Part shown: in pieces, positions 1 to 8,855 of the stretch
Layout: every line of letters begins with the position of its first letter
How positions within the stretch are numbered: the stretch's first letter is position 1
Notes under the pieces: generated by a model
The model's input: only the letters and a program-made list of their open reading frames with translations
Told to the model about the DNA's origin: nothing
Database searches by the model: none
DNA from: a virus
Taxonomy: Duplodnaviria > Caudoviricetes
Virus record (IMG/VR): IMGVR_UViG_3300007778_000001
Coordinates: 1-40,143 of that record
Direction: 5' to 3' (one strand)
Length of the DNA stretch: 40,143 bases
Made by a program: the position numbers and the translations under genes

Positions 1-123
1 CCCAATTTCAGAGCCGTTAGATGCGCCTCCGGCTTCAAAAATTCTAATTACCGTATTGTTATGGCTGACCCGTACAGCTACTCGCATAGATTCATCGGTG
101 GCAGCCTTCATTCCGGTTATTTC
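1..123. repeat. Terminal direct repeat (circular assembly overlap), identical to 40021-40143
   Basis: Exact 123-nt match cccaatttca...ccggttatttc at both ends. Confidence 0.97.
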
Positions 124-171
124 CTTTTGAAGCTGCTTGATATATTTGTCTATGCCTTTGTACTTGGCCAT
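1..171 (-). CDS. 5' part of junction-spanning putative neck/tail-completion protein (195 aa total, continues 40020->39604)
   Basis: ATG at 171 overlaps the upstream stop (TAATG). MAKYKGIDKYIKQLQKEITG is in frame with MKAATDES of ORF 39604..40131. Confidence 0.85.
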   Translation of the reverse strand, partial: MAKYKGIDKYIKQLQKEITGMKAATDESMRVAVRVSHNNTVIRIFEAGGASNGSEIG

Positions 172-1199
172 TACGGTATTCTTACTCGTTGCTTGACTAC
201 GCTTCGGCAAGTATTACAAACCGAACCGCCTAAATTTACATTCGCCAATAAATGATCTAAAAGCTTCGCGTACTTTTCAGAGTAAAATTGATGCTGACCT
301 TGATTGTCCTCTGAATAAACCGTTACATAGCTGTTTAGTCTCTTTGATAGCGTTGCCTCTTCTAATATCTGAACCGCAGTACCATACCATAAAGCCGTTC
401 CAAACATTCTAGCATTCGAGCAAAGAAAAGATTCTGGACTACAATCCAATGAGTAATCTACTGAAATCCCCGCGCTTGAAGTCGCTGAACTGCGACCAGC
501 ATAAGTGATAGGATCTAAAAGACCCCATTCGCCCGAAGCTACCCAAGTGCCATTACCTAAAAAAGCTTCCGTTGTGCAATCCGCACAACCCCCTCTTTGA
601 CGGTATAAATTCGTTTTCCTTGTAATTACATCCGATGCATCATAAACTACCGCAAAATAAGCCTCTCGCCCTCTAGTAAAGTAACTCCGGCCTATCGGCA
701 CGTCAACAATTTGACCAGACGTTAAGCTTTGTGTAAATGTTTCTAAAACCTCTCCGGTTAAAGCATCTACAATTTTAAATTCTTTATCAGCAACCGTACT
801 TTCAGACCAAAAACTAATCTTGTTTATAGCCAACGCCATATAATCCCGGCTTGCAACCCTAATTACAACACCTCTATACTTTGAAGCTGCAGTAAGTGTA
901 CTTGGGTTTTCTTGGAAATATCCAGCTAAGGAGTTCTCAATAATAGTGCGACCCGACATAATAGAGCCTAATCGGGTTTGAACATCCGTTGCTAAAATTT
1001 GAGCAGCGGTATTTATAGCCCTGGTCATAAGGGTTGTTCCGGTTTTTTGCTCTTCATTACTCACGTTATCCGCAAGGCGAACAGTAATTCCCGGTAAGTC
1101 ATTCACGTACAAGTTTGCTGTGCTTGTTTTTAAAGGGTTGCCATCGCAATCATTCCCGCGAATACCAATAAGTGGGCTTAAACAATCTGCTACGTTCAT
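171..1199 (-). CDS. Putative head-completion/adaptor virion protein
   Basis: 342-aa ORF directly after the capsid gene. Function inferred from synteny only. Confidence 0.5.
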   Translation of the reverse strand: MNVADCLSPLIGIRGNDCDGNPLKTSTANLYVNDLPGITVRLADNVSNEEQKTGTTLMTRAINTAAQILATDVQTRLGSIMSGRTIIENSLAGYFQENPSTLTAASKYRGVVIRVASRDYMALAINKISFWSESTVADKEFKIVDALTGEVLETFTQSLTSGQIVDVPIGRSYFTRGREAYFAVVYDASDVITRKTNLYRQRGGCADCTTEAFLGNGTWVASGEWGLLDPITYAGRSSATSSAGISVDYSLDCSPESFLCSNARMFGTALWYGTAVQILEEATLSKRLNSYVTVYSEDNQGQHQFYSEKYAKLLDHLLANVNLGGSVCNTCRSVVKQRVRIP

Positions 1200-1210
1200 C
1201 TCAAATAGTT

Positions 1211-1238
1211 AAAAAGGGAGGGGCTTTATACCCCTCCC
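1211..1238 (-). terminator. Intrinsic terminator after major capsid gene
   Basis: GGGAGGGG/CCCCTCCC stem followed by a U-run on the minus strand. Confidence 0.8.
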
Positions 1239-1245
1239 GATCATT

Positions 1246-2271
1246 TTATAAATTGCTTACAGTCCACTTGTTAATGTAGTTTACACCACTTAACTCATCG
1301 TCTGTGAAGAAAATATCATCCGGTAAGCCTACAAATTTGTAAGCTAATTTAAGTCCGAAGAACCAGTTCCCGCAATCAAACTTCGCCCAGAAATCGTACT
1401 CCAATCCGTTGACCGGATCAATAACAGTATACTGCTTGTACGTTGGCTGATCAATCTCACGAGTTTCGCCTCGGAACTCATTATAGCGAATCATCTGAAT
1501 CGCTCCTGGGATGGTACTCAAAAACTTGCTTGTAGTTACAGCCTTACGAACTGAATCATCTTCCATAAATACAATCGGATTTTGAGCTGCATACTCTCCT
1601 AAATCAACGTTAAATTGAGCGCAGCATCCGGCTTCGGTTGCTTTGAAATACTTTGAAATATCCCCAACGCCAAACACAAACGGAGTACCCGGTGCTTGCA
1701 TCAAATCATATTCGTAAGTAATCTCTTCAATCGGATCAGTCAGCCAAGCGTTACCACTTTTAGTAGCAATCGTTTTATCAGTCGTACCGTCCTCAAAAGA
1801 ACCCACCAACGCATCTACTTGAGTAGCTGAATCAGTAGAAATCTTACGACGCATAACAGACATAGCAGCGGCCATCTGACGCGCCCAATACATCTCATCC
1901 GACTGACAACGCTGTTCCAAATCAGTTAAATCAGCCGTCCAAGTGTGGGTTGCCCCCTCGGTACTTGGCGTGATATTAATCAACTCGGAAGTCTCTCCGT
2001 AAGTCGTACCTCCGGTACAGCTTTGAACAGAACCTGACGCTACATCATCCTCATCTCTACGTGGTTGGTAAACCAACTCAACCGTGCGATAATGACCGTT
2101 TGAAGTGTCAATTTGATTTTGGAGCATTCCGGACTCGTTTAATTCGGAAACAATAAAGTCCAAAAGTCCGCTGCGCTTGCTGATAAGCGAAGGATTGATA
2201 CCCTTAAACGCTTCTGGCAAGTACATCTGCTGCTCCGGGCAGCTTATGAAACTTGAAAATGAATAACTCAT
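1246..2271 (-). CDS. Major capsid protein (putative)
   Basis: 341 aa, follows the scaffold gene, ends at a strong terminator. Size and synteny only. Confidence 0.75.
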   Translation of the reverse strand: MSYSFSSFISCPEQQMYLPEAFKGINPSLISKRSGLLDFIVSELNESGMLQNQIDTSNGHYRTVELVYQPRRDEDDVASGSVQSCTGGTTYGETSELINITPSTEGATHTWTADLTDLEQRCQSDEMYWARQMAAAMSVMRRKISTDSATQVDALVGSFEDGTTDKTIATKSGNAWLTDPIEEITYEYDLMQAPGTPFVFGVGDISKYFKATEAGCCAQFNVDLGEYAAQNPIVFMEDDSVRKAVTTSKFLSTIPGAIQMIRYNEFRGETREIDQPTYKQYTVIDPVNGLEYDFWAKFDCGNWFFGLKLAYKFVGLPDDIFFTDDELSGVNYINKWTVSNL

Positions 2272-2291
2272 TTTTTTGTGAATTAAAGTTG

Positions 2292-2334
2292 CTTCGATCT
2301 GCTTTTTACTGCCCTTGATCGAAATTAAGGCAAC
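2292..2334 (-). ncRNA. H-type pseudoknot motif, copy 1 (capsid 5' UTR)
   Basis: GUUGCCU...GGGCAGUAAA stem. Loop UUUCGAUC pairs with downstream GAUCGAAG. Confidence 0.75.
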
Positions 2335-2341
2335 GATATTT

Positions 2342-2379
2342 CACTCCAAGTTTACTGCCCTTTAGGAGTGTTAGGCAAC
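2342..2379 (-). ncRNA. H-type pseudoknot motif, copy 2
   Basis: GUUGCCUAA-CACUCC-UAAA-GGGCAGUAAA-CUU-GGAGUG. Confidence 0.75.
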
Positions 2380-2391
2380 ATCCGTAGTATT

Positions 2392-3192
2392 TTAAGACCG
2401 TGTGGCGTTTGCTCGTTCTACCAGCTTAGGATGAACAAAGCCTTTTTGACCCGGCTTGGCTGGCTCTTCTTTTTTCGGGCCGTTATTTTGCCAAGTGTAA
2501 GGAGTTTGACGGTCATTTTTGTCGTTTCTCTTGATTAGATTAGCTTCGGAAGCTAAACTTTCCAAGTATTCTTTTGCGCTTAATAAACCCGTACCATTTT
2601 GGTTTTTTATAGGCTCATCTTCTTTGTAAGGTCTTAACTCCCCTTCATCGTTCATTCTCCAATCAACCTCGCTCAAAGTAGCTTCCCAACCTTTGCGCTG
2701 AATGGGGTCCATATCCACCAAAGGTATACCGGAAAGGGTACGATTGAGCTTGTCCTTGACCTTGTACTTTGTGAACTTTCCTTGCCACTCTTGCTCTGTT
2801 TCTTCAAGCTTTTGATTGCGCTCCATAAGCTCCTGATCCTTTTGTTGAATCTTAGCTTGTAGCTCTTGAATTTTAGCTTGCGACTTTTCATCCGGCTGAC
2901 CACCAGACTTTTCCTCAAGCTCTTTAATTTTGCTCTCGTAACTTTCCGCCGCTTTGGAAATAACATCCTCTAAACGTAAATCTTGTACGTCTGAATTTTG
3001 AAGTCCAAAGGTCCGCTTTGCGTGGGTTGTGATTTCGCCAAGCACCCTGCCTGTGATCTGTTTTTTCAGATCTTTATCCATTGGCGCAACCTCACGAGCT
3101 ACATACTTCTCGTGAATTGCTTTTAGAGCATCTTCCTTTGTTTCAAATTCTCCGGAAATGTCTAGGTCTGAAAGTGTGATTTCTACTGCCAT
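2392..3192 (-). CDS. Capsid scaffolding protein (putative)
   Basis: 266 aa, charged and coiled-coil, immediately upstream of capsid gene. Confidence 0.7.
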   Translation of the reverse strand: MAVEITLSDLDISGEFETKEDALKAIHEKYVAREVAPMDKDLKKQITGRVLGEITTHAKRTFGLQNSDVQDLRLEDVISKAAESYESKIKELEEKSGGQPDEKSQAKIQELQAKIQQKDQELMERNQKLEETEQEWQGKFTKYKVKDKLNRTLSGIPLVDMDPIQRKGWEATLSEVDWRMNDEGELRPYKEDEPIKNQNGTGLLSAKEYLESLASEANLIKRNDKNDRQTPYTWQNNGPKKEEPAKPGQKGFVHPKLVERANATRS

Positions 3193-3503
3193 TATTCTGC
3201 AAGTCTTTCTTTAAGGGTTTCGGTTTTTATGTTTTTCCTTGGCTTTTTGCCAAACTTCTCAACGTACTGTTGAATTAAATCTTTTCGGTTGTCTTTTTGC
3301 TCCTTTTGAGGATTAGGAACTTCTTTATTTTCCTGCTTCTCTTCAATCTCTGGCTTTTCTATCTCTTCGGCTTCTTCAAATAAAACCAAGTTTGCATTTT
3401 TCATAGCCGTTGGGCTTTGTGCTGTCTTTTGACCCACAAACTTTACAAGTCCGGTTTTTGTGTTTAAAACCTTAACTTCGTTTTGTCGCTGATTTCTTGC
3501 CAT
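3192..3503 (-). CDS. Hypothetical protein with small C-terminal helical domain (YVEKFGKKP...TLKERL)
   Basis: 103-aa ORF coupled to the scaffold gene (TAATG). Confidence 0.65.
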   Translation of the reverse strand: MARNQRQNEVKVLNTKTGLVKFVGQKTAQSPTAMKNANLVLFEEAEEIEKPEIEEKQENKEVPNPQKEQKDNRKDLIQQYVEKFGKKPRKNIKTETLKERLAE

Positions 3504-3519
3504 TTCTTTTGGTTTGTAA

Positions 3520-3539
3520 CAAATATAGTGAAAATCAAT
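3520..3539 (-). promoter_or_regulatory. Bacteroidota-type -7 element TATATTTG preceded by ATTGATTTTCAC
   Basis: Matches TAnnTTTG. The 12-mer recurs at 10452-10463 and 10925-10936. Confidence 0.6.
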
Positions 3540-4488
3540 TTACTACGGCTCTTGGCATATAATATCCTCTTTCAATAGAACGCTGAATCCATTTATCTGG
3601 AATACTTTCACGAGTTGTTGGTAAAAGTGCGTGTCCACATTGATATCCACCACAGTAGCTGAATATAGTTTTTGAGTTCGTAGCGGGAATCCTGCCTTTC
3701 CAATTCCCTGGAGAAGTGGTTACAGGTTGTGGCTTTCCGTCTGCCACTACTTTCGTATTATCGACATACGTTGTCCGGCCCCAACTTTCTACTTCGTTTT
3801 TATGATACCAACCCCCATTTTTTTGAACGCAAAAAGCTCTGGAATCGGCTACCTTTCCGCCTTGATACCTATACCAATCCAACCCTAAATCAACGGCATA
3901 AGCTTCGGTGTAATTGCGATCAGTTACCGAAAATAAGTCGCGCGTTATTTGTTGGGAGTAACTAGCCAGTTTGCCGTATTGACCAGAATCAACTAAAAAA
4001 TGTTTAACCGCTGTTTGTGTTTGTGATAAACTCGCGTTTGTGCTTATAGAACTAAATAAATTCTCTGTAAGCGGTTCAAATATCGTATCGCTTACGCTAT
4101 CCCCTAAAAGTAATTGGACGGCTCTACGCTTGGAATTATCAACTGCTCTTATGTATTCAGACTTCGGGTCAAAGGCTTCTCCAAGTATCTTTTGAAAATA
4201 ACGGTTTGATCGTTCGGTTTGCAAATCAAATTCATTGGCGAAATTCAAAACAGCCGACTGATATTCCCGACCGTCTAAAACAGCCCGCATCCTCAAACGT
4301 ATCTGCTCGGCAAGTGCGTAGTTTTCTGCTGAACTTGTAATCGCCCCAGCTTCGGTTTGCATCCGGTTCATTAGCTGCAATACCTCTCTGTAAATTCTTT
4401 CGTTTACTTTTTCAGCTGTTGAATTAAAAGCAATCGGCACATCGTCATAGGCATCGACCTTTGCTGCTATAATTTCAGAAAGGGTCAT
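3535..4488 (-). CDS. Minor head/head morphogenesis protein (MuF-like)
   Basis: Follows portal. Has YQGGKVADSRAFC and GGYQCGH motifs typical of the minor-capsid C-terminus. Confidence 0.7.
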   Translation of the reverse strand: MTLSEIIAAKVDAYDDVPIAFNSTAEKVNERIYREVLQLMNRMQTEAGAITSSAENYALAEQIRLRMRAVLDGREYQSAVLNFANEFDLQTERSNRYFQKILGEAFDPKSEYIRAVDNSKRRAVQLLLGDSVSDTIFEPLTENLFSSISTNASLSQTQTAVKHFLVDSGQYGKLASYSQQITRDLFSVTDRNYTEAYAVDLGLDWYRYQGGKVADSRAFCVQKNGGWYHKNEVESWGRTTYVDNTKVVADGKPQPVTTSPGNWKGRIPATNSKTIFSYCGGYQCGHALLPTTRESIPDKWIQRSIERGYYMPRAVVN

Positions 4489-6251
4489 ATCAGGTCAACA
4501 ATTTCTCTCGGTGGTCGATATGAAGACTCACGATCTTTAGCTTTTTGCTCTAAAATTTCAACCTTTGTAGAATATGGCAGGTCCATAAAGTCCTCGCGCT
4601 CTTCAATGGCTTCCTCAATCAAATTTATAGCTTCGTAATGCAGTACAGCTTTCCATTTTGGTAACTGTCCGGTGCTTACAATCTTAATTACCTCATCGGC
4701 ACTCATCGCAGCCAATACGTCAACTTGTATGGCTAAGTCCATTACTTGCTGTGCGTTCTTTTTAACTCCAAAACGCTGCCGAACATATTCTGGCATTAAT
4801 AGTCTCTTAGCAGGACCCGGTGCGCTTGAAAGCTCTTCGGTTATGTCTGCCGAAGATCGGACCTCAAAGTTTTGAGGCGGGTATAAATGAAATCCCTCCC
4901 ACTCGGAACCGTAACGCTCTTTACCCATTAAATCAACTGACCATTTCATAAGGCCGAACAAGTTTGAGGCGATTTGCTTTAAAAAGCTAAACAACTCTTC
5001 CCTATCAATCATTTTGCCTTTTGCGGTTTCATCCGTTTGTGCGTGCGTATTGACAACATCTAAATTCAAAATCGAAAACCCTTGCTGTATGTACTTGGTA
5101 GTTTGTTTATCCAAAAAGTCAAGTATAGCAGTATTCTGTTCTATGTATCCGGCTGGGGGTATTTTAACGTCCTTTGAACTGTCATCAATTCTCGATGGTG
5201 CTGTTACCTCCATAATAGATTGAGGCGAAATAGAGGCTCTCCTAGCTTGACCATTGCACGTTCCACATACATTCTTAACCGTAGGCATTCCACTTTCATC
5301 GCGGTCATAAACATAACCGTCCTCACAAATAGGGTTATCGCATTCCGTAACATATTGCCAACGCTGAGGGAAAGCGTGCGTGTACTTTGATACATTCAGC
5401 GTAGAATCGTCTCGCGTAGCTTTATCTAAATCAGGTACAGCGGGATAAAAATAGGACTGATAATACTTTTCCCCATCTTCACATTCCATTGGTGTACCGC
5501 CTAATTTTTTTACAGGCAATTCTCCGCAGTCGTGAAAGTAAACCATTGGCCTATCGTCATAACTTTCGACCTCAAAATACGTTTTCCCTGGCGTACCTCG
5601 CTCTACAAGCTGTACGATTTTCTCCTCGTCAATAAAGAGAACTCGAAGCCCTTTAGTTTTGATACTGTCTTTGAGCTTTGAATAGCCGTTTTTAATAAAA
5701 CAAAAACCTTGCTCGTACAATAAAACAGAAGTACAAGGGTAAATCTTAGGTAATAACTCTGGCCGTTCTGTTTGATCTAAAAACCAATTTCTAGGAATCA
5801 AAGCCATTACAGCGTTCGGATCTTTAATATCTTGAGGTGTTACTATTTGCTCAAAATACTCGTCAACTGATTTGAAGTCTGGAAAATCAAAAAGGAAATA
5901 ATCTTGCGGGCTTTGCTCTTCTCTATTCCAATCTTGAAAGCCTATTAAGTAATTCTGCTTATTCCAAATGCGATTAATTTGGCCTATGCCTTTGTACCAA
6001 TAACTGACCGTTACCGGACGGTAAATTTCCTTTTGATATTCAAATTCCTCAGGGGTTTGGTTAGGGGACTTTTCAGCAAATAACCGAGCCGGAAAGTATT
6101 GATAGTCCGCGTGGGTGCGGATTTCTTCACGCATCTTAGCTGCTCGCTCGTATGCTTCTCCTAAAGCATCGTCATTTTTTTGTAATTCACGATAACGATT
6201 GCTTAACTCCTTTGCTGTTTCTGTAATTTGTTCCGGACTGAGTACGATCAT
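4485..6251 (-). CDS. Portal protein with internal Zn-finger-like insertion
   Basis: 588 aa, upstream of minor head, scaffold and capsid genes. TAKGKMIDRE segment resembles the SG.A...D portal motif. Confidence 0.75.
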   Translation of the reverse strand: MIVLSPEQITETAKELSNRYRELQKNDDALGEAYERAAKMREEIRTHADYQYFPARLFAEKSPNQTPEEFEYQKEIYRPVTVSYWYKGIGQINRIWNKQNYLIGFQDWNREEQSPQDYFLFDFPDFKSVDEYFEQIVTPQDIKDPNAVMALIPRNWFLDQTERPELLPKIYPCTSVLLYEQGFCFIKNGYSKLKDSIKTKGLRVLFIDEEKIVQLVERGTPGKTYFEVESYDDRPMVYFHDCGELPVKKLGGTPMECEDGEKYYQSYFYPAVPDLDKATRDDSTLNVSKYTHAFPQRWQYVTECDNPICEDGYVYDRDESGMPTVKNVCGTCNGQARRASISPQSIMEVTAPSRIDDSSKDVKIPPAGYIEQNTAILDFLDKQTTKYIQQGFSILNLDVVNTHAQTDETAKGKMIDREELFSFLKQIASNLFGLMKWSVDLMGKERYGSEWEGFHLYPPQNFEVRSSADITEELSSAPGPAKRLLMPEYVRQRFGVKKNAQQVMDLAIQVDVLAAMSADEVIKIVSTGQLPKWKAVLHYEAINLIEEAIEEREDFMDLPYSTKVEILEQKAKDRESSYRPPREIVDLI

Positions 6252-6367
6252 TTCTTAGGTCTTTTGAAAGCAGATTTTATCTTCGCAGCTCTATTTGTGC
6301 GAACAGTAGATTGCTTTCCGCTGCCGGAAACCTTTTTATTGTTACTTTTTCCACATCCACATCCCAT
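6248..6367 (-). CDS. Small basic protein MGCGCGKSNNKK... (39 aa, not in ORF track)
   Basis: Translated by hand. Stop overlaps portal ATG (ATGA). TAAATTTG promoter at 6375-6382. Confidence 0.65.
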   Translation of the reverse strand: MGCGCGKSNNKKVSGSGKQSTVRTNRAAKIKSAFKRPKK

Positions 6368-6389
6368 AACCCTACAAATTTAATGAATT

Positions 6390-7124
6390 TTAAGGCATTT
6401 GCGCGGATAGCTTTATATCCGGCCTAATTAAGCTGTAATTACCTCGCTTTGCCATATTTAAGATACGAGTTTGAATTGAATCGTCTTTCTTGTGCTTTAT
6501 CCAAATGCTATCGCTGTCTTGACTACCCGGTATTTGAATTGCCCAAGCGTGTGGCCGGCAAACCGTAATATGAGGCAATTCACGGCTATCGGTCAATTGC
6601 ATAAATTGTGGATCTACACAAAAGTCGTATTTCAAATCTGAATCTTTTACTCGTATAGTGTTCAGGTGGTGTCCTTGCGTTCCGGTCCCAAGCATCGTGG
6701 TATATTCGTCTCGGTTTACCTGATCAAAAAAATACCTGATTAGCTGCTTTTCATTCCAATAGCTTTTTAACCTGCGCTTAGGTTGGAATTTTGTCGCGTG
6801 AAGGCCAACAATAGCCCTACGGTCATAGTAATCTATGCGCTCAATCAAATGCCGAACATAGCCTTTAGGATATTTAATATCGTCATCGCAGGTCAAATAA
6901 TAGCCTTCCTCGTGGCGAGCAAAATAGAACTTGCCCCTAGCTCCTAAATCTCCAATAGGTGCGTAAACTGCGTTTACCTCATCACTAAGCTGAATCTTTT
7001 TTTCAGGGTCGTAATTGAAATAAATGTTAATCACATCGGCTTGGCCGAGCAAACTTTCGACTGCCTGTATCAGCGATTTTTCTCGGCCTTTGCGCGTTGC
7101 TATGTTTACAGTTACTCTATCCAT
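6390..7124 (-). CDS. GT-A fold glycosyltransferase
   Basis: N-terminal beta strand plus AVESLLGQAD, DxD-like TCDDDIKYP, LGTG motif. Confidence 0.75.
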   Translation of the reverse strand: MDRVTVNIATRKGREKSLIQAVESLLGQADVINIYFNYDPEKKIQLSDEVNAVYAPIGDLGARGKFYFARHEEGYYLTCDDDIKYPKGYVRHLIERIDYYDRRAIVGLHATKFQPKRRLKSYWNEKQLIRYFFDQVNRDEYTTMLGTGTQGHHLNTIRVKDSDLKYDFCVDPQFMQLTDSRELPHITVCRPHAWAIQIPGSQDSDSIWIKHKKDDSIQTRILNMAKRGNYSLIRPDIKLSAQMP

Positions 7125-7750
7125 TTTGGGTTTACTCTATCGTGGTAGGACCGTGTTTTTTTCCCTAAATAAATATCAAAGACGGAACCGCAATCTAAAT
7201 AAGTGTTGTTTTTATTTGCTTTGTAGCACTTGTCGATAAGCACGTTTGTTGTCATTCCGGCCATAAACAGAAAGACTACATTCTCGTTTTTCATAGCCAA
7301 ATGCAAAACGCTAGGGAGTAGTTTAGGGTAAAATGTCCAAGCGTTAATCATTGGAACCTCAACAAACTCCCAAACGCGAATATGTTTGTTTAAGGCTTTG
7401 TGCCTGTTATTACCTACGACAATAACATTCCGTTGGCTTAGCGCGTCAATAAGCTGCTTTATTTTACCCTCTTCGCTTGCTTTGTGCATTAAATCAGCAT
7501 CAGTCCAGTTCTGTTGGTACTTATCGCGATCTGAATACAATCCGTGTTCGGTTGGCTGTGCAGCCATTACATACTCTTGAGGTGTGTTCAGTATCTTACG
7601 CAACTCCAATCCAAGCGTAGGAAAATAACGGTGGCGATCACAATTTTCTCCTTTTGCTCCCGAAGCACATAAAAACTCGCCATCTCCATATCGCGCTAAA
7701 GCAAAATTCTTATCGAGGGCCAAATACGTACACAAGTCTTGATAGGTCAT
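7112..7750 (-). CDS. GT-D fold (DUF1792-like) glycosyltransferase
   Basis: RYGDGE motif and C-terminal LDCGSVFD. Confidence 0.7.
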   Translation of the reverse strand: MTYQDLCTYLALDKNFALARYGDGEFLCASGAKGENCDRHRYFPTLGLELRKILNTPQEYVMAAQPTEHGLYSDRDKYQQNWTDADLMHKASEEGKIKQLIDALSQRNVIVVGNNRHKALNKHIRVWEFVEVPMINAWTFYPKLLPSVLHLAMKNENVVFLFMAGMTTNVLIDKCYKANKNNTYLDCGSVFDIYLGKKTRSYHDRVNPKWIE

Positions 7751-8277
7751 TAGTTTAAGTGGCTTTTATCGTTCGGACTAAATCCCCGATACCAATGAAA
7801 AATATAAACGCTTTGCATAACACCGACCTTATAACCAGCATCGATTAAATCGAAGTGAAAATAATTATCAATTCCCATCGTACCGTTTCTAAATTTTACC
7901 TGATCCCAAGCCGATTTATTTACTGCCATAAGCATTCCAGACATCGGACTTGTCCTGGGCAAATCTTTTACTACGATAGGCCCGTCAAATATCTGGCTTG
8001 ATATCCGAGCGTGTAAGCGCACATCGAAGTTTTTTGATAGCTTTCCCCTATACACTTGGGTTAATTGCCCTACGCGGTTGGTAAGGCACGTTAGGCAGCC
8101 ATAATCCGAGTGCGTTTGTATGTACTGCTCTATAACATTCCCGTATTCCGGAGAAAGAAAACAAGCATCTCCATCGGTAAACACCGCCCAGTCATTATCA
8201 CCAAGCAAAGCCATAAAGTCGTTGTAATACTTCCCTATGTTTTTGTCTCTTCGATATGGGCTGCTGTAATAAATCAA
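7750..8277 (-). CDS. GT2-like glycosyltransferase
   Basis: IGKYYN, FTDGD (DxD), SGMLMAV, GIDN, YIFH. Confidence 0.65.
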   Translation of the reverse strand: MIYYSSPYRRDKNIGKYYNDFMALLGDNDWAVFTDGDACFLSPEYGNVIEQYIQTHSDYGCLTCLTNRVGQLTQVYRGKLSKNFDVRLHARISSQIFDGPIVVKDLPRTSPMSGMLMAVNKSAWDQVKFRNGTMGIDNYFHFDLIDAGYKVGVMQSVYIFHWYRGFSPNDKSHLN

Positions 8278-8855
8278 TCGAGCTTCTTAAATTGTTCTAC
8301 GGTAATTAAATTCAAAAGACTTTTGCGGTTTTGAACAAAGTCAGCATAACTTAAATTTGGCAACTCAATTTCAACTTTTTTGCCTTTAGGTTTGATTATG
8401 GTCAGCCCGTGATCGGTGTCAATTGTTAGCGTGCTTAAATTTTCACATTCTACGGCAGCCGCAGCCACCTTCCATACATCGCCATTCCATTGTCTTTGAC
8501 CTTTTGGTCTCGGTACGCGCTGTGCTGCTTCACTCTGTGGATTGGTGTCGTGCATTACAATTACACCGTTTTTGTTTAAAGATTTGAGCGAATTTTCTAA
8601 ATCCTTTAAGGCTTGTTCGCTATGGTGTAGCCCGTCAATGAAAATCAAATCAAACTTTTTGCGATTGCGTTTAAAAAACTCATCGCTTGTTGTGCTGATT
8701 ACTTCGCCAAAACCCACATTTGGATCAACTCCTGTTTTTCGTTTGACATTGATTTTCGCCAAGTTCAATCCATTGTCTACTCCGATCTCTAAATACTTAC
8801 CGGATTCAAACTCGTTGGCTTCTACAATTCTATTTAGGACTTCGTCTCTTTTCAT
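8274..8855 (-). CDS. Class I SAM-dependent methyltransferase (Methyltransf_24-like)
   Basis: YLEIGV, FDLIFIDGLH, GVIVMHD. Confidence 0.85.
   Translation of the reverse strand: MKRDEVLNRIVEANEFESGKYLEIGVDNGLNLAKINVKRKTGVDPNVGFGEVISTTSDEFFKRNRKKFDLIFIDGLHHSEQALKDLENSLKSLNKNGVIVMHDTNPQSEAAQRVPRPKGQRQWNGDVWKVAAAAVECENLSTLTIDTDHGLTIIKPKGKKVEIELPNLSYADFVQNRKSLLNLITVEQFKKLD

Noticed and set aside
1-123. Physical terminal repeat of the virion DNA
   Set aside because: It falls mid-gene and is most simply an assembler overlap. Real termini cannot be inferred without reads.
2292-2379. Twister/pistol ribozyme or SAM-II/preQ1 riboswitch
   Set aside because: GCCUAACACU resembles a twister start, but the other conserved twister elements are absent and the ligand-binding residues of SAM-II/preQ1 are not evident.
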